NCBI RefSeq assembly: GCF_013315695.1
Contig: NZ_CP054353.1
Length of the DNA: 64,000 bases
Origin: Escherichia coli
GTDB taxonomy: Bacteria > Pseudomonadota > Gammaproteobacteria > Enterobacterales > Enterobacteriaceae
Reading direction: 5' to 3' (one strand)
Each line of letters starts with the position of its first letter. The stretch's first letter is position 1. Under the pieces are notes generated by a model. That model searched no databases. It saw nothing but the letters and a program-made list of their open reading frames with translations, and was not told where the DNA came from. A program made the translations under genes and the position numbers. Positions 35,605-49,444 of this stretch are shown in pieces.

Positions 35605-36999
35605 TTACGGTTCCCAGCGCAGTTCGTCGTTTGACAATGCGTCGAACGGTTCGACAAGCGTTAGCGTGATCTCATTGGAGGAGACACGCTGCCCCTGGTT
35701 ATCTTCCACCACCACCGACAATCGCCAGTGATTGCTCGCCCCTTCCCTGTTCTGCCAGTCAGGCATGATCAGCGTCCAGCCCTCCACGCTGTTGGCTTGT
35801 GCGCCCGGCGTCAAACTTAATATCTGCGTATCGCCCTGCCAAATCAGTTGCCGAATACCGTAACGACTGCGGATTTGTAATTTCAGCGGCACTGTTTCGC
35901 CTGGTTTTAGATCCCACGGCGGTGTCGCCAGAAACACCGTTAAGGTTTTTCGCTGTCGGTACTCAAGAGTCGGAAGATTATTTCGCTGCGGATTGTCATA
36001 GCGACTACCACGTAACGACTGACTTTCGGCAACTTCGCCCGCAGAAAGTTGTTTTTTGAGCGGTACACCAAAGCGGTAGTTAAGATTCAGCCCGAGGTTA
36101 TTTTGATTCTCGCCACTTTCACCCTGTTTATGCTGAGCCGTCACAGTGACTAATGGCACTGGGGTATAATTTAATCCCAGACTCAACGCGACGGGATTGT
36201 GATAACCCGTACCAGAGTTAAATAAATCAACACGATCACCAAAATACTGTTCTACGCTGACACTGGTATTGAGGTGTTGATAGAACGGCATGCGCATTCG
36301 GGCTGTCAGGTCGTACCCGCGCGCCATCCGTTGTTCCTGCGTGGCTGTCTGTTCATGCCATGCAGCAAACGGCTGATAAAAGTTTGCCGATAGTCGCAAA
36401 TATTCGCCCCACGCTTCGGCACCGAAGCCCGCTCGCTGAAGATTTTCGTCCAGCAAGTTGTCATAAAAAGTGTTATAACCCACCAGCCAGCTGCCGCGCG
36501 CCCAGCGTTGCCCAACGCCCACATTGCTCACCAGCCCATCATCCTGCTGAGTAAGACCAAGCTGGCTCCAGGTGAGATAACGATCATTATCTTGTAACGG
36601 CACAAACCAGCTTCCACGACTGCCGGTGAAATGTCCTTCGTTACCCACTTTGACGTCAACACTGGCATTTCCCCACGGTGATAGCCAGGACTCTACGTGC
36701 TGATTAACCTGTTGACTAAGCGCGTCGCGGACTTTTCCCAATGCGAAAGCTTTTGCCTGCTCGCCAGTATCCAGCCCGTTATCATTCATACTGGTTTCGC
36801 CGAAATCTTTCACAATTTCAGCAAAGTGTTTTTCCCCATCATGATTTTCGGGTGCCATGCCTAAATCCGGCAGACCATCATTGTTATTATCAAAGGGATT
36901 CGCCGCTTTTTGCTCGAAGGTAGATTGTGCGTTAGCTGTACCGCCTGCCGCCAGCAAGAGTAAATAAAGCGGAATAATGCGAGGAACGAAACGGCTCAA
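35605..36999 (-). CDS. ychO: invasin/intimin-like outer membrane protein YchO
   Basis: 464-aa ORF with N-terminal signal peptide (LLLLAAGGTANAQ); conserved position after narL. Start codon not refined. Confidence 0.8.
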   Translation of the reverse strand: MSRFVPRIIPLYLLLLAAGGTANAQSTFEQKAANPFDNNNDGLPDLGMAPENHDGEKHFAEIVKDFGETSMNDNGLDTGEQAKAFALGKVRDALSQQVNQHVESWLSPWGNASVDVKVGNEGHFTGSRGSWFVPLQDNDRYLTWSQLGLTQQDDGLVSNVGVGQRWARGSWLVGYNTFYDNLLDENLQRAGFGAEAWGEYLRLSANFYQPFAAWHEQTATQEQRMARGYDLTARMRMPFYQHLNTSVSVEQYFGDRVDLFNSGTGYHNPVALSLGLNYTPVPLVTVTAQHKQGESGENQNNLGLNLNYRFGVPLKKQLSAGEVAESQSLRGSRYDNPQRNNLPTLEYRQRKTLTVFLATPPWDLKPGETVPLKLQIRSRYGIRQLIWQGDTQILSLTPGAQANSVEGWTLIMPDWQNREGASNHWRLSVVVEDNQGQRVSSNEITLTLVEPFDALSNDELRWEP

Positions 37000-37008
37000 A
37001 ACGTCGGT

Positions 37009-37061
<53 letters not shown>

Positions 37062-37062
37062 A

Positions 37063-37166
<104 letters not shown>

Positions 37167-37183
37167 GAATACAGGAGTAAATA

Positions 37184-37537
37184 ATGCAAAAAATCGTGAT
37201 CGTTGCCAATGGCGCACCTTACGGGAGCGAATCCTTGTTTAACAGCTTGCGGCTGGCCATTGCGTTACGAGAGCAGGAGAGCAATCTGGATCTGCGTCTG
37301 TTCCTGATGTCTGATGCGGTCACAGCCGGGTTGCGCGGGCAAAAACCAGGGGAAGGCTACAACATTCAGCAAATGCTGGAGATCCTTACCGCTCAGAATG
37401 TACCGGTGAAATTGTGCAAAACCTGTACTGACGGACGCGGGATTAGCACACTTCCTCTGATTGATGGGGTGGAAATCGGTACTCTTGTGGAACTGGCGCA
37501 ATGGACACTGTCAGCCGATAAAGTGCTCACATTTTAA
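37184..37537 (+). CDS. ychN: DsrE/DsrF-like protein YchN
   Basis: 117 aa, MQKIVIVANGAPYGSE...; conserved position. Confidence 0.88.
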   Translation: MQKIVIVANGAPYGSESLFNSLRLAIALREQESNLDLRLFLMSDAVTAGLRGQKPGEGYNIQQMLEILTAQNVPVKLCKTCTDGRGISTLPLIDGVEIGTLVELAQWTLSADKVLTF

Positions 37538-37580
37538 TGTTTGAGGGGGCGTCTGACGCCCCACTATGCGAAAAGTTTAC

Positions 37581-38276
37581 TCAGGCGAATCCCGGCCGTA
37601 ACACAGCATCCGGATAATTCTCCGCCAGCAGTTTTTTTACCGATACCAGCAAATCATTCAGCCCATCGTCCTGCATTCCCAGTTTGATAAGCTCCTGTTC
37701 CAGTGAAAACAGGTATTGTGCATTGGTTCCCAGCGGACCGCTCGCCGCCGCAATCAACGGCGCGATGACCTGAGCACGAGTGTCAGATTCATATTCTGGA
37801 TGTCGCGGGTCCATAATAAACACAATGGCGTTTACTGTGCGTCCATCATCAAGATCAAGCTGACACCAGGTTGGCAGATAACAGCCGGTAATCATCTCAC
37901 GCTTCCACAGCAGGGTTAGTTCCTGCTCCAGCGTCTCTTCTGGCAGTCGATAGGCGACGCCTGTGGTGCGTCCGCCCTCTTTCAGTGCAAGCATTCGTCC
38001 CGGCTGGTGCGCAGTCCCGCGCCCGGCGGTCAGACGCAGGCAAAACGCGCGATGCCATCCAACCAGTGTACCGGTGCACGACTCGGTAAACTCCAGTGCC
38101 GGATTCCACATCAACGATCCATAACCGAAGATCCACACCGGTCCCTCATCAGGTCGACAAGCCAGCGTCGCCGCCAGCGAAGCCGCCCGTTGTTCTGCTG
38201 ACCATAAGAGTGATTCTTCAATGGCACCAAATGCCGTTTTACAATCGGCATTCATCAAGAAATCACGCGTTATCAC
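37581..38276 (-). CDS. chaC: glutathione-specific gamma-glutamylcyclotransferase ChaC
   Basis: ORF 37581..38312; start at (V)ITRDFLMNAD gives 231 aa; YGSLMWNP motif. Confidence 0.85.
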   Translation of the reverse strand: MITRDFLMNADCKTAFGAIEESLLWSAEQRAASLAATLACRPDEGPVWIFGYGSLMWNPALEFTESCTGTLVGWHRAFCLRLTAGRGTAHQPGRMLALKEGGRTTGVAYRLPEETLEQELTLLWKREMITGCYLPTWCQLDLDDGRTVNAIVFIMDPRHPEYESDTRAQVIAPLIAAASGPLGTNAQYLFSLEQELIKLGMQDDGLNDLLVSVKKLLAENYPDAVLRPGFA

Positions 38277-38433
38277 CTTACACCTCCGCCACTGCATACT
38301 TCCCTGCGACAACTTTTTGGTGTCTTCCGGACATTTTTACTGCTCATTTTGAAACCACTAACGGGACAATATGCAATCCACGGACCACTTGCAAGGCAAC
38401 ACCGCACGAATAGCTTTAACTAAGCTACCGGTT

Positions 38434-38664
38434 TTACGATTTTTTATGCCATTTATCATCATCCCCTTTGGCATATTCATGCTTCACAGCAGCCCAGGCC
38501 ACTTTATGCGCGGTTTCTTCGCGACTGGCGTCATCACGCCGATCTTCTTTATCTTTATATTGATCCCATGCGCTGTTGAACGCTTCTTTATAGATATCCT
38601 GGGCATGAGACGGAAGCACGTGCTTTACGCTTTCCGGCAGATCGCTTTTCGTTTTATACGGCAT
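38434..38664 (-). CDS. chaB: cation transport regulator ChaB
   Basis: 76 aa, MPYKTKSDLPESVKHVLPSHAQDIYKEAFN... Confidence 0.9.
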   Translation of the reverse strand: MPYKTKSDLPESVKHVLPSHAQDIYKEAFNSAWDQYKDKEDRRDDASREETAHKVAWAAVKHEYAKGDDDKWHKKS

Positions 38665-38933
38665 CGTTGACTCCTTTTACAAAGTTGAACATTAAGTGTG
38701 GTCAACAACATCTACTCTTGCCAAAACATAAGAATTTTCATGTCAGACTCTTCTTAAGAAGTGCTAAAACAAACATTGTCTAAACGCATTGCTTATTTTT
38801 ATGGCCCGATGAGTAAAAAATCGACAGCGGGGTAAAAATTCGTAAAATGTTACCGATATCCAGACACTTTCTGTTATTTTTCCTACCTATTTTTTACATT
38901 TTCGATAAATTCATCTGCAAAGGGATAACCATA

Positions 38934-40034
38934 ATGTCAAATGCTCAAGAGGCGGTAAAAACCCGCCACAAGGAGACTTCGCTTATTTTCCCGGTTCTGG
39001 CGCTGGTAGTGCTGTTCCTGTGGGGAAGCAGCCAGACACTACCAGTGGTCATTGCCATCAATCTTCTTGCTCTAATTGGTATTTTAAGTAGCGCCTTTAG
39101 TGTTGTCCGTCATGCGGACGTATTAGCCCATCGCCTGGGAGAACCTTACGGTTCGCTTATTCTTAGCCTTTCAGTGGTTATTCTTGAAGTCAGTTTGATT
39201 TCAGCTTTAATGGCAACCGGCGACGCCGCGCCAACGCTAATGCGTGATACGCTCTATTCAATCATTATGATTGTTACCGGTGGGCTGGTTGGCTTTTCAT
39301 TATTGTTGGGCGGACGCAAGTTTGCCACCCAATATATGAATCTGTTTGGTATCAAGCAGTATTTAATTGCGCTGTTCCCCCTGGCGATAATCGTACTGGT
39401 ATTTCCAATGGCTCTGCCTGCGGCGAATTTTTCAACCGGTCAGGCGTTACTGGTAGCATTAATTTCTGCGGCAATGTATGGCGTATTTTTGCTGATCCAG
39501 ACCAAAACGCATCAAAGTTTGTTTGTCTACGAGCACGAAGATGACAGTGATGATGACGACCCGCACCACGGTAAACCGTCTGCCCATAGCAGCCTGTGGC
39601 ATGCTATCTGGTTGATTATCCATCTGATTGCCGTTATTGCAGTCACCAAAATGAACGCCAGCCCGCTGGAGACATTGCTCGACAGCATGAATGCCCCTGT
39701 CGCCTTTACTGGCTTCCTGGTGGCTCTGTTGATTCTGTCGCCGGAAGGTTTAGGTGCGTTAAAAGCAGTGTTGAACAACCAGGTCCAGCGCGCGATGAAT
39801 CTGTTCTTTGGTTCAGTGTTAGCAACCATTTCGCTTACCGTACCTGTCGTCACGCTAATTGCCTTTATGACGGGTAACGAATTGCAGTTTGCACTTGGTG
39901 CGCCAGAAATGGTGGTGATGGTGGCCTCTTTAGTGCTGTGCCATATCTCCTTCTCCACCGGACGTACTAACGTGCTCAATGGCGCAGCGCATCTGGCACT
40001 GTTTGCCGCCTATTTGATGACGATATTTGCCTGA
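38934..40034 (+). CDS. chaA: Ca2+/Na+:H+ antiporter ChaA
   Basis: ORF 38847..40034; start at MSNAQEAVKTRHK after GGGATAACC gives 366 aa; polytopic CaCA-family membrane protein. Confidence 0.9.
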   Translation: MSNAQEAVKTRHKETSLIFPVLALVVLFLWGSSQTLPVVIAINLLALIGILSSAFSVVRHADVLAHRLGEPYGSLILSLSVVILEVSLISALMATGDAAPTLMRDTLYSIIMIVTGGLVGFSLLLGGRKFATQYMNLFGIKQYLIALFPLAIIVLVFPMALPAANFSTGQALLVALISAAMYGVFLLIQTKTHQSLFVYEHEDDSDDDDPHHGKPSAHSSLWHAIWLIIHLIAVIAVTKMNASPLETLLDSMNAPVAFTGFLVALLILSPEGLGALKAVLNNQVQRAMNLFFGSVLATISLTVPVVTLIAFMTGNELQFALGAPEMVVMVASLVLCHISFSTGRTNVLNGAAHLALFAAYLMTIFA

Positions 40035-40163
40035 CAGTTATATCTCCTCCGATGACGAAAATCGGGGGAGATAATATAAATTCCTGCTTATTGTATTTCT
40101 TCATACTACCTGAACAGGTCGTTAATCAGAATTGCGAGCCTGTACCAGAACCTGCACGAAACC

Positions 40164-40698
40164 ACTGCAACAGCTGTTGAAAAGCCGGAATGTACTCTTT
40201 ATTGCAAACATTTCAGGGATGAAGTGAAGATGAATTGAGACGTAGTATCCACACCAAGCCGGCGTTATCCGGTGAGGCGCAATGTTGCGGGGGCTTTATC
40301 CCTGGTGGCATTGGTTGCTGGAAAGAGAAAACCCCCGCACGTTGAGAGGTACAACCTGACAACAGAACGGGGGCTAATCTTGAACCACAACAATTCAAGA
40401 ATAGCCGCAAAATGTTGTCCTTACAACAAGGCGGCTATATGACGCTCGCGCAGTTTGCCATGATTTTCTGGCACGATCTGGCAGCACCGATCCTGGCGGG
40501 AATTATTACCGCAGTGATTGTCAGCTGGTGGCGTAACCGGAAGTAAGGTGAAAACGGGCGTCAGGCTGCCGTGATGGCAATATGCGCCCGAAACCGGCCG
40601 CAGGGGTAACAGCCTGCGGCCCTTTTTGTCTTTATCTCTTCTGCAAGTAAATATTGGCAACCCGAGCTGGAAGCATCATCCAGAGCACTCATGAAACG
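40164..40698 (+). repeat. LDR (long direct repeat) unit 1, ldr/rdl type I toxin-antitoxin locus
   Basis: 535-bp unit nearly identical to 40699..~41166 (a few SNPs); contains the ldr ORF and its terminator. Unit boundaries approximate. Confidence 0.8.
40439..40546 (+). CDS. ldr: Ldr small toxic peptide (35 aa), type I toxin
   Basis: Encodes MTLAQFAMIFWHDLAAPILAGIITAVIVSWWRNRK; below the length cut-off of the ORF track; followed by hairpin plus T-run terminator (40596..40627). Confidence 0.85.
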   Translation: MTLAQFAMIFWHDLAAPILAGIITAVIVSWWRNRK

Positions 40699-41166
40699 AC
40701 TGTAACAGCTGTTGAAAAACCGGAATGCACTCTTCATTGCAAACATTTCAGGGATGAAGTGAAGATGAATTGAGACGTAGTATCCACACCAAGCCGGCGT
40801 TATCCGGTGAGGCGCAATGTTGCGGGGGCTTTATCCCTGGTGGCATTGGTTGCTGGAAAGAGAAAACCCCCGCACGTTGAGAGGTACAACCTGACAACAG
40901 AACGGGGGCTAATCTTGAACCACAACAATTCAAGAATAGCCGCAAAATGTTGTCCTTACAACAAGGCGGCTATATGACGCTCGCGCAGTTTGCCATGATT
41001 TTCTGGCACGATCTGGCAGCACCGATCCTGGCGGGAATTATTACCGCAGTGATTGTCAGCTGGTGGCGTAACCGGAAGTAAGGTGAAAACGGGCGTCAGG
41101 CTGCCGTGATGGCAATATGCGCCCGAAACCGGCCGCAGGGGTAATAGCCTGCGGCCTTTTTTGTAT
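40699..41166 (+). repeat. LDR unit 2, ldr/rdl type I toxin-antitoxin locus
   Basis: Second tandem copy; ends just past the terminator hairpin (41131..41162), where sequence diverges towards kdsA. Confidence 0.8.
40974..41081 (+). CDS. ldr: Ldr small toxic peptide (35 aa), second copy
   Basis: Identical 35-aa peptide to the first copy, 535 bp downstream. Confidence 0.85.
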   Translation: MTLAQFAMIFWHDLAAPILAGIITAVIVSWWRNRK

Positions 41167-41228
41167 CCGGCCCCATGAAAAAAGTCTTAACGCAGAACGC
41201 TAAGACTTTATTTTTCAAGCAAAAAAGA

Positions 41229-42092
<864 letters not shown>

Positions 42093-42118
42093 TTAATCTT
42101 GAGTAAAATGTCGATTAA

Positions 42119-42928
42119 TTAATGCAGCACAATATGTTTATGCGCGATGTTATTTATTTGCGCACGGATCATTTCGCTGATCGGGTCTTCCGGACACTGT
42201 TCAACGAAATAACTTAAATCGTTCAACGCAACGTGTTCGCAATCCAGTTGCGCATAAATCAACCCGCGATCGCGAATTTCATAGGGATCTTCCGGGTTGA
42301 ATTGTAATAAAGCTTCGCTGGTGCGTAACGCCAGCTCCATCTGATTTTCTTCCATCAACGAAGCTTTGAGTGTATCCAGCAATTTGCGGATTACCTCAAT
42401 GTTATCAGCTTCATCAAGGTCTTCATAAAACAGTTCCGCCGACGGGCTGATATTTCCCTTTAACCACACATCCAGCATATGTTCGCTTAACGATTCACCG
42501 TTAAAAGGATTAATCAGCCAAATTTCGCCATCCGGACATTCAATGCGCAATATCAGCTGCGTAGGGAAAATCACCGGCAGCAGCGGCAAATCGAGACGAT
42601 TCGCGACCCATAATAAAACCGCACCTAATGATACCGCACTGCCCTGTCGATTCTTTAACACCTGGTCCAGCCATAATGCATCGGAAAGACGATAAACGCC
42701 GCGTGAGGCTTTAAATCCCCAGTCGCCGTAAAACAGCGCGATCAGTTTTTCCAGCTGCTCTTCTAAAGGCAGAAGCTGGCTGATTTCTTCCTTAGCCAGA
42801 CTAACGAGACGCTCCAGTTCGTCGTAAACATCTTGCGAGGGAAAATCGCGGCGGATTGCTTCGCAAGCCAGGATCATGCCTTCGCACAATGGCGCTTTAT
42901 TAAATTCGAAATCAGCTAACGATCTCAT
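42119..42928 (-). CDS. sirB1: SirB1 family protein (YchA)
   Basis: 269 aa; transglutaminase-like/TPR-type fold by sequence; conserved position upstream of kdsA. Confidence 0.85.
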   Translation of the reverse strand: MRSLADFEFNKAPLCEGMILACEAIRRDFPSQDVYDELERLVSLAKEEISQLLPLEEQLEKLIALFYGDWGFKASRGVYRLSDALWLDQVLKNRQGSAVSLGAVLLWVANRLDLPLLPVIFPTQLILRIECPDGEIWLINPFNGESLSEHMLDVWLKGNISPSAELFYEDLDEADNIEVIRKLLDTLKASLMEENQMELALRTSEALLQFNPEDPYEIRDRGLIYAQLDCEHVALNDLSYFVEQCPEDPISEMIRAQINNIAHKHIVLH

Positions 42929-42931
42929 GAC

Positions 42932-43324
42932 TTACCCCAGTAACGGTACTTTTGTGGTGGCGAGTTTAATGATGATGTACAGCACCACCAACGCCAGCGG
43001 GAAGGCAATAATGCGCGCCTGCTGACTGTGCATACGACGATAATCGAGTGCAATAAAACCCAAAACGATATAAATGATAACTCCAAACAGCTTTTCAGTC
43101 AGCCACTGTGCCTGCCCGGAAAATGGCAGGATGTGCGCTTTAGCCATCAACGCAATGCCGCTTAACAATAACACCGTATCGACAACCGGCGGCACAATGC
43201 GCGTCCAACGAGCAAATGCCTGTGGATGCTTCTGATAACGTAGCCAGAAACGTAAGGTTAATAGCCCTACAGAAAGCGCAATGCTAATGAGATGAACGCT
43301 AAGCAGTGTAGAAAAACTTGTCAT
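42932..43324 (-). CDS. sirB2: SirB2 family inner membrane protein (YchQ)
   Basis: 130 aa, four predicted TM helices; conserved position. Confidence 0.85.
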   Translation of the reverse strand: MTSFSTLLSVHLISIALSVGLLTLRFWLRYQKHPQAFARWTRIVPPVVDTVLLLSGIALMAKAHILPFSGQAQWLTEKLFGVIIYIVLGFIALDYRRMHSQQARIIAFPLALVVLYIIIKLATTKVPLLG

Positions 43325-44154
43325 TGATAATAGCGGCCGAGCGTGACGCGCTCGTTATCACCATAGTCCCGACAGGTTTCGACGTCATGATATCCCGCGT
43401 GGATAAATGCCTGTCGCACCGCTTCGCCCTGCTGCCAGCCATGTTCCAGAAGCAGAAAGCCGCCGGATACCAGCGCGTTACGCGACTGTTCGATGATATG
43501 CACGATGTCGGCCATTCCACTGTCAGCCGCAACCAGTGCAGTGAGCGGCTCAAAGCGGACATCGCCTTGTTGAAGATGTGGGTCCTGCTCGTCAATATAC
43601 GGCGGATTGCTGACAATCATCGCAAACTGCTGCCCGGCTAGCGCGCTAAACCAGTCACTTTGCAGAATGTGGATATTTTTGATCGCCAGATTCTGGGCAT
43701 TACGTTGCGCCAGAGAGACAGCATCGGGCATACAATCTACAGCGGTAATTTCGCAGTCCGGACGCTCGCTGGCAAGCGCCAGCGCAATCGCCCCGGTACC
43801 CGTCCCGAGATCGAGAATACGGCAAGGCTGTTCAGGCAACCGCGCCAGTGCCTGCTCCACCAGACACTCCGTATCCGGGCGCGGAATTAAGGTCGCTGGC
43901 GAAACAAATAACGGCAACGACCAGAATTCTCGCACCCCGGTTAAATGAGCAATGGGTTCACCATCGCGACGACGCGTCAGTAGCGCATCAAGTTGCTGAC
44001 ATTGTTCGTCAGTCAGCTGCGTTTCACCAAAGGCGAGAATAAAAGTACGCCCTCTGCCGGTAACATGCTCCAGCAGGATTTCAGCATCACGCCGCGGGCT
44101 TTCGCTCGCCTGAAGTTGGCTTATTGCTTCACGTAACCAGTGTTGATATTCCAT
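43321..44154 (-). CDS. prmC: release factor glutamine N5-methyltransferase PrmC (HemK)
   Basis: 277 aa; SAM-binding LDLGTGTG and catalytic NPPY motifs; overlaps the prfA stop. Confidence 0.93.
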   Translation of the reverse strand: MEYQHWLREAISQLQASESPRRDAEILLEHVTGRGRTFILAFGETQLTDEQCQQLDALLTRRRDGEPIAHLTGVREFWSLPLFVSPATLIPRPDTECLVEQALARLPEQPCRILDLGTGTGAIALALASERPDCEITAVDCMPDAVSLAQRNAQNLAIKNIHILQSDWFSALAGQQFAMIVSNPPYIDEQDPHLQQGDVRFEPLTALVAADSGMADIVHIIEQSRNALVSGGFLLLEHGWQQGEAVRQAFIHAGYHDVETCRDYGDNERVTLGRYYQ

Positions 44155-45236
44155 TATTCCTGCTCGGACAACGCCGCCAGTTGGTCGGCCTGATGTTCCT
44201 GGATAATCGGTTCAATCAGCATATCCAGCTTACCTTCCATCACTTCATCCAGGCGGTAGAGCGTCAGGTTGATGCGGTGATCGGTAACGCGCCCCTGCGG
44301 GAAGTTGTAAGTACGGTTACGGTCGCTGCGATCGCCACTCCCCAGCAGGTTACGACGGGTAGACGCTTCGGCCTGTTGCCGTTTTGCCATTTCAGCAGCG
44401 TGGATGCGAGCACCGAGTACAGAAAGTGCTTTAGCTTTGTTTTTATGTTGTGAACGTTCGTCCTGACATTCAACAACAATTCCGGTCGGCAAGTGAGTAA
44501 TACGAATTGCCGAATCGGTGGTGTTAACGTGCTGCCCTCCCGCCCCTGACGAGCGGAAAGTATCAATGCGCAAATCTGCTGGGTTGATGTCCGGCAGTTC
44601 TGCATCAGGCAGTTCTGGCATTACCGCAACGGTACAAGCGGAAGTATGAATTCGACCCTGCGATTCCGTAGCAGGCACACGCTGCACGCGATGACCGCCA
44701 GATTCGAATTTCAAACGACCATATACACCATCACCGCTAATTTTGGCGATGATCTCTTTATAACCACCATGTTCACCCTCGCTGGCGCTCATGATTTCTA
44801 CACGCCAGCGGCGGGCTTCGGCGTAACGGCTGTACATACGGAACAGATCGCCTGCGAACAGCGCCGCTTCGTCGCCGCCGGTTCCGGCACGGACTTCGAG
44901 GAAGGCGTTACGTTCGTCATCAGGATCTTTTGGTAGTAACAGAACCTGTAATTGCTGTTCCAGTTGCTCGCTTTTTTCTTTAGCTTCGCGCAGTTCATCC
45001 TGCGCCATCTCACGCATTTCAGGCTCATCGAGCATCATCTGTGCGGTTTCGATATCTTCCTGAACCTGTTGCCAGTCGGTAAAACAGCGCGAAACATCAC
45101 TTAACTGCGCATATTCACGAGATAATGCGCGAAAACGTTCCTGGTCAGCGATGGTTTGCGCATCACCCAACAACGCCTGAACTTCTTCATGGCGTTCATG
45201 CAGGGCTTCCAGTTTGGCAACGATAGAAGGCTTCAT
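44154..45236 (-). CDS. prfA: peptide chain release factor 1
   Basis: 360 aa; GGQ motif ([14 protein letters not shown]) and PAT tripeptide region. Confidence 0.95.
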   Translation of the reverse strand: MKPSIVAKLEALHERHEEVQALLGDAQTIADQERFRALSREYAQLSDVSRCFTDWQQVQEDIETAQMMLDEPEMREMAQDELREAKEKSEQLEQQLQVLLLPKDPDDERNAFLEVRAGTGGDEAALFAGDLFRMYSRYAEARRWRVEIMSASEGEHGGYKEIIAKISGDGVYGRLKFESGGHRVQRVPATESQGRIHTSACTVAVMPELPDAELPDINPADLRIDTFRSSGAGGQHVNTTDSAIRITHLPTGIVVECQDERSQHKNKAKALSVLGARIHAAEMAKRQQAEASTRRNLLGSGDRSDRNRTYNFPQGRVTDHRINLTLYRLDEVMEGKLDMLIEPIIQEHQADQLAALSEQE

Positions 45237-45277
45237 AGGCGTAAATGCACCCTGTAAAAAAAGAAAATGATGTACTG

Positions 45278-46534
45278 CTACTCCAGCCCGAGGCTGTCGC
45301 GCAGAATATTCAGGCGTTCGTTATCCCCGTCACGGGCAGCCTGTTGAAGTGATTTTGTTGGTGCATGGATCAGGCGGTTAGTCAGTTTCCATGCCAGATC
45401 CTGCATAATGGCTTGGGCGTCGCCGCCCTGCTCAAGGGCCGCTAACGCTTTGGCGGTTAACTCATCGCGAACGTGCTCTGCCTGGCTGCGATACTCGCGA
45501 ATGGTCTCGCTGGCGCTTTGTGCACGCAACCACGCCATAAATTCGCTGGTTTCCTGAGCGACTATAGTTTCCGCCTCAACTGCTGCGGCTTTACGCTGCG
45601 CCAGATTGTGCGAAATAATGCTTTGCAGATCGTCAACGCTATAAAGATAAGCATTCGCCAGTTTACCAACTTCCGGCTCAACATCGCGCGGAACGGCAAT
45701 ATCCACCAGCAGCATTGGTTGATTGCGACGGCTTTTTAATGCGCGCTCCACCATGCCTTTACCGATAATAGGCAACGGGCTGGCGGTGGAACTGATGATG
45801 ATATCGGCTTCGCGCAGACGCTCGTCGATATCGCTCAGGGCAATCACTTCCGCGCCGACTTCATCTGCCAGAATTTGGGCACGTTCGCGAGTGCGGTTGG
45901 CGATAATCATCTTCTGTACTTTGTGTTCACGCAGATGACGCGCCACCAGCTCGATGGTTTCGCCCGCACCCACCAGCAGTACCGTCACCGTAGAGAGCGA
46001 TTCAAAGATCTGCCGCGCCAGCGTACAAGCCGCAAAAGCGACAGACACAGCACTGGCACCGATATCTGTTTCAGTGCGAACGCGTTTCGCTACAGAGAAA
46101 GATTTCTGAAACATGCGTTCCAGTTCGCTGGCCTTCATATGACCTTTTTGCGAATCGGCAAACGCTTTTTTCACCTGACCGAGGATCTGCGGCTCGCCAA
46201 GGACGAGAGAATCAAGCCCACTGGCAACGCGCATTAAATGACTGACCGCATCGTTATCCTGATGCCAGTAGAGGCTATTACGCAGATCGTCTTCGTTGAG
46301 ATTATGGTAATCACACAACCAGCGAATGAGCGCCTCTTGCAGGTCATCCCGTTCTTCAACGCTGAGATAAAGTTCTGTGCGGTTACACGTCGACAGCACC
46401 ACACCGCCCTGCACCATCGGCTGCGCAAGCAGGCTGTCAAGCGCCTGATCGAGCTTATCCGGCGAAAACGATACACGTTCTCGCAGCGATACAGGTGCCG
46501 TTTTATGGTTGATACCGAGTGCTAAAAGGGTCAT
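45278..46534 (-). CDS. hemA: glutamyl-tRNA reductase
   Basis: ORF 45278..46732; start at [15 protein letters not shown] gives 418 aa. Confidence 0.92.
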   Translation of the reverse strand: MTLLALGINHKTAPVSLRERVSFSPDKLDQALDSLLAQPMVQGGVVLSTCNRTELYLSVEERDDLQEALIRWLCDYHNLNEDDLRNSLYWHQDNDAVSHLMRVASGLDSLVLGEPQILGQVKKAFADSQKGHMKASELERMFQKSFSVAKRVRTETDIGASAVSVAFAACTLARQIFESLSTVTVLLVGAGETIELVARHLREHKVQKMIIANRTRERAQILADEVGAEVIALSDIDERLREADIIISSTASPLPIIGKGMVERALKSRRNQPMLLVDIAVPRDVEPEVGKLANAYLYSVDDLQSIISHNLAQRKAAAVEAETIVAQETSEFMAWLRAQSASETIREYRSQAEHVRDELTAKALAALEQGGDAQAIMQDLAWKLTNRLIHAPTKSLQQAARDGDNERLNILRDSLGLE

Positions 46535-46678
46535 GTCTGCGGGAAATAATACCAACGTTGATAGGGTTAGTCTGCTTGCATCATACAGGATGCGTAAGAT
46601 CAATAAAAGAGAGCGCCCCCTTTTGGAGTAATTGCCGAAAGCCGTTAGATTCTGGCAATTAAGACAACGTGAACATAG

Positions 46679-47370
<692 letters not shown>

Positions 47371-47371
<1 letters not shown>

Positions 47372-48222
47372 TGCGGACACAGTGGCCCTCTCCGGCAAAA
47401 CTTAATCTGTTTTTATACATTACCGGTCAGCGTGCGGATGGTTACCACACGCTGCAAACGCTGTTTCAGTTTCTTGATTACGGCGACACCATCAACATTG
47501 AGCTTCGTGACGATGGGGATATTCGTCTGTTAACGCCCGTTGAAGGCGTGGAACATGAAGATAACCTGATCGTTCGCGCAGCGCGGTTATTGATGAAAAC
47601 TGCGGCAGACAGCGGGCGTCTTCCGACGGGAAGCGGTGCGAATATCAGCATTGACAAGCGTTTGCCGATGGGCGGCGGTCTCGGCGGTGGTTCATCCAAT
47701 GCCGCGACGGTCCTGGTGGCATTAAATCATCTCTGGCAATGCGGGCTAAGCATGGATGAGCTGGCGGAAATGGGACTGACGCTGGGCGCAGATGTTCCTG
47801 TCTTTGTTCGGGGGCATGCCGCGTTTGCCGAAGGCGTTGGTGAAATACTAACGCCGGTGGATCCGCCAGAGAAGTGGTATCTGGTGGCGCACCCTGGTGT
47901 AAGTATTCCGACACCGGTGATTTTTAAAGATCCTGAACTCCCGCGCAATACGCCAAAAAGGTCAATAGAAACGTTGCTAAAATGTGAATTCAGCAATGAT
48001 TGCGAGGTTATCGCAAGAAAACGTTTTCGCGAGGTTGATGCGGTGCTTTCCTGGCTGTTAGAATACGCCCCGTCGCGCCTGACTGGGACAGGGGCCTGTG
48101 TCTTTGCTGAATTTGATACAGAGTCTGAAGCCCGCCAGGTGCTAGAGCAAGCCCCGGAATGGCTCAATGGCTTTGTGGCGAAAGGCGTTAATCTTTCCCC
48201 ATTGCACAGAGCCATGCTTTAA
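47371..48222 (+). CDS. ispE: 4-diphosphocytidyl-2-C-methyl-D-erythritol kinase
   Basis: 283 aa; GHMP kinase motif [14 protein letters not shown]. Confidence 0.93.
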
Positions 48223-48246
48223 GCCGGGCAAGCTGAGTTTCGGTGA

Positions 48247-49320
<1,074 letters not shown>

Positions 49321-49337
49321 TCGAACCCGGCTCAAAG

Positions 49338-49359
49338 ACCCGCTGCGGCGGGTTTTTTT
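49338..49359 (+). terminator. prs intrinsic terminator
   Basis: GC-rich hairpin (CCCGCTGCGGCGGG) followed by TTTTTTT directly after the prs stop. Confidence 0.65.
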
Positions 49360-49444
49360 GTCTGTAATATCCATTTGTATGACCTATGCCTCCTTCACCT
49401 GCCATTTAGTTGACAGATGATGCGCTCACGGATGAAACATTATT

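Noticed and set aside
40213-40945. Two identical 65-aa minus-strand ORFs, possible duplicated gene or CRISPR-like repeat
   Set aside because: They are antisense within the two LDR units and identical only because the units are; the real coding feature is the 35-aa ldr peptide on the plus strand. Two 535-bp repeats with no short spacer/repeat periodicity is not a CRISPR array.
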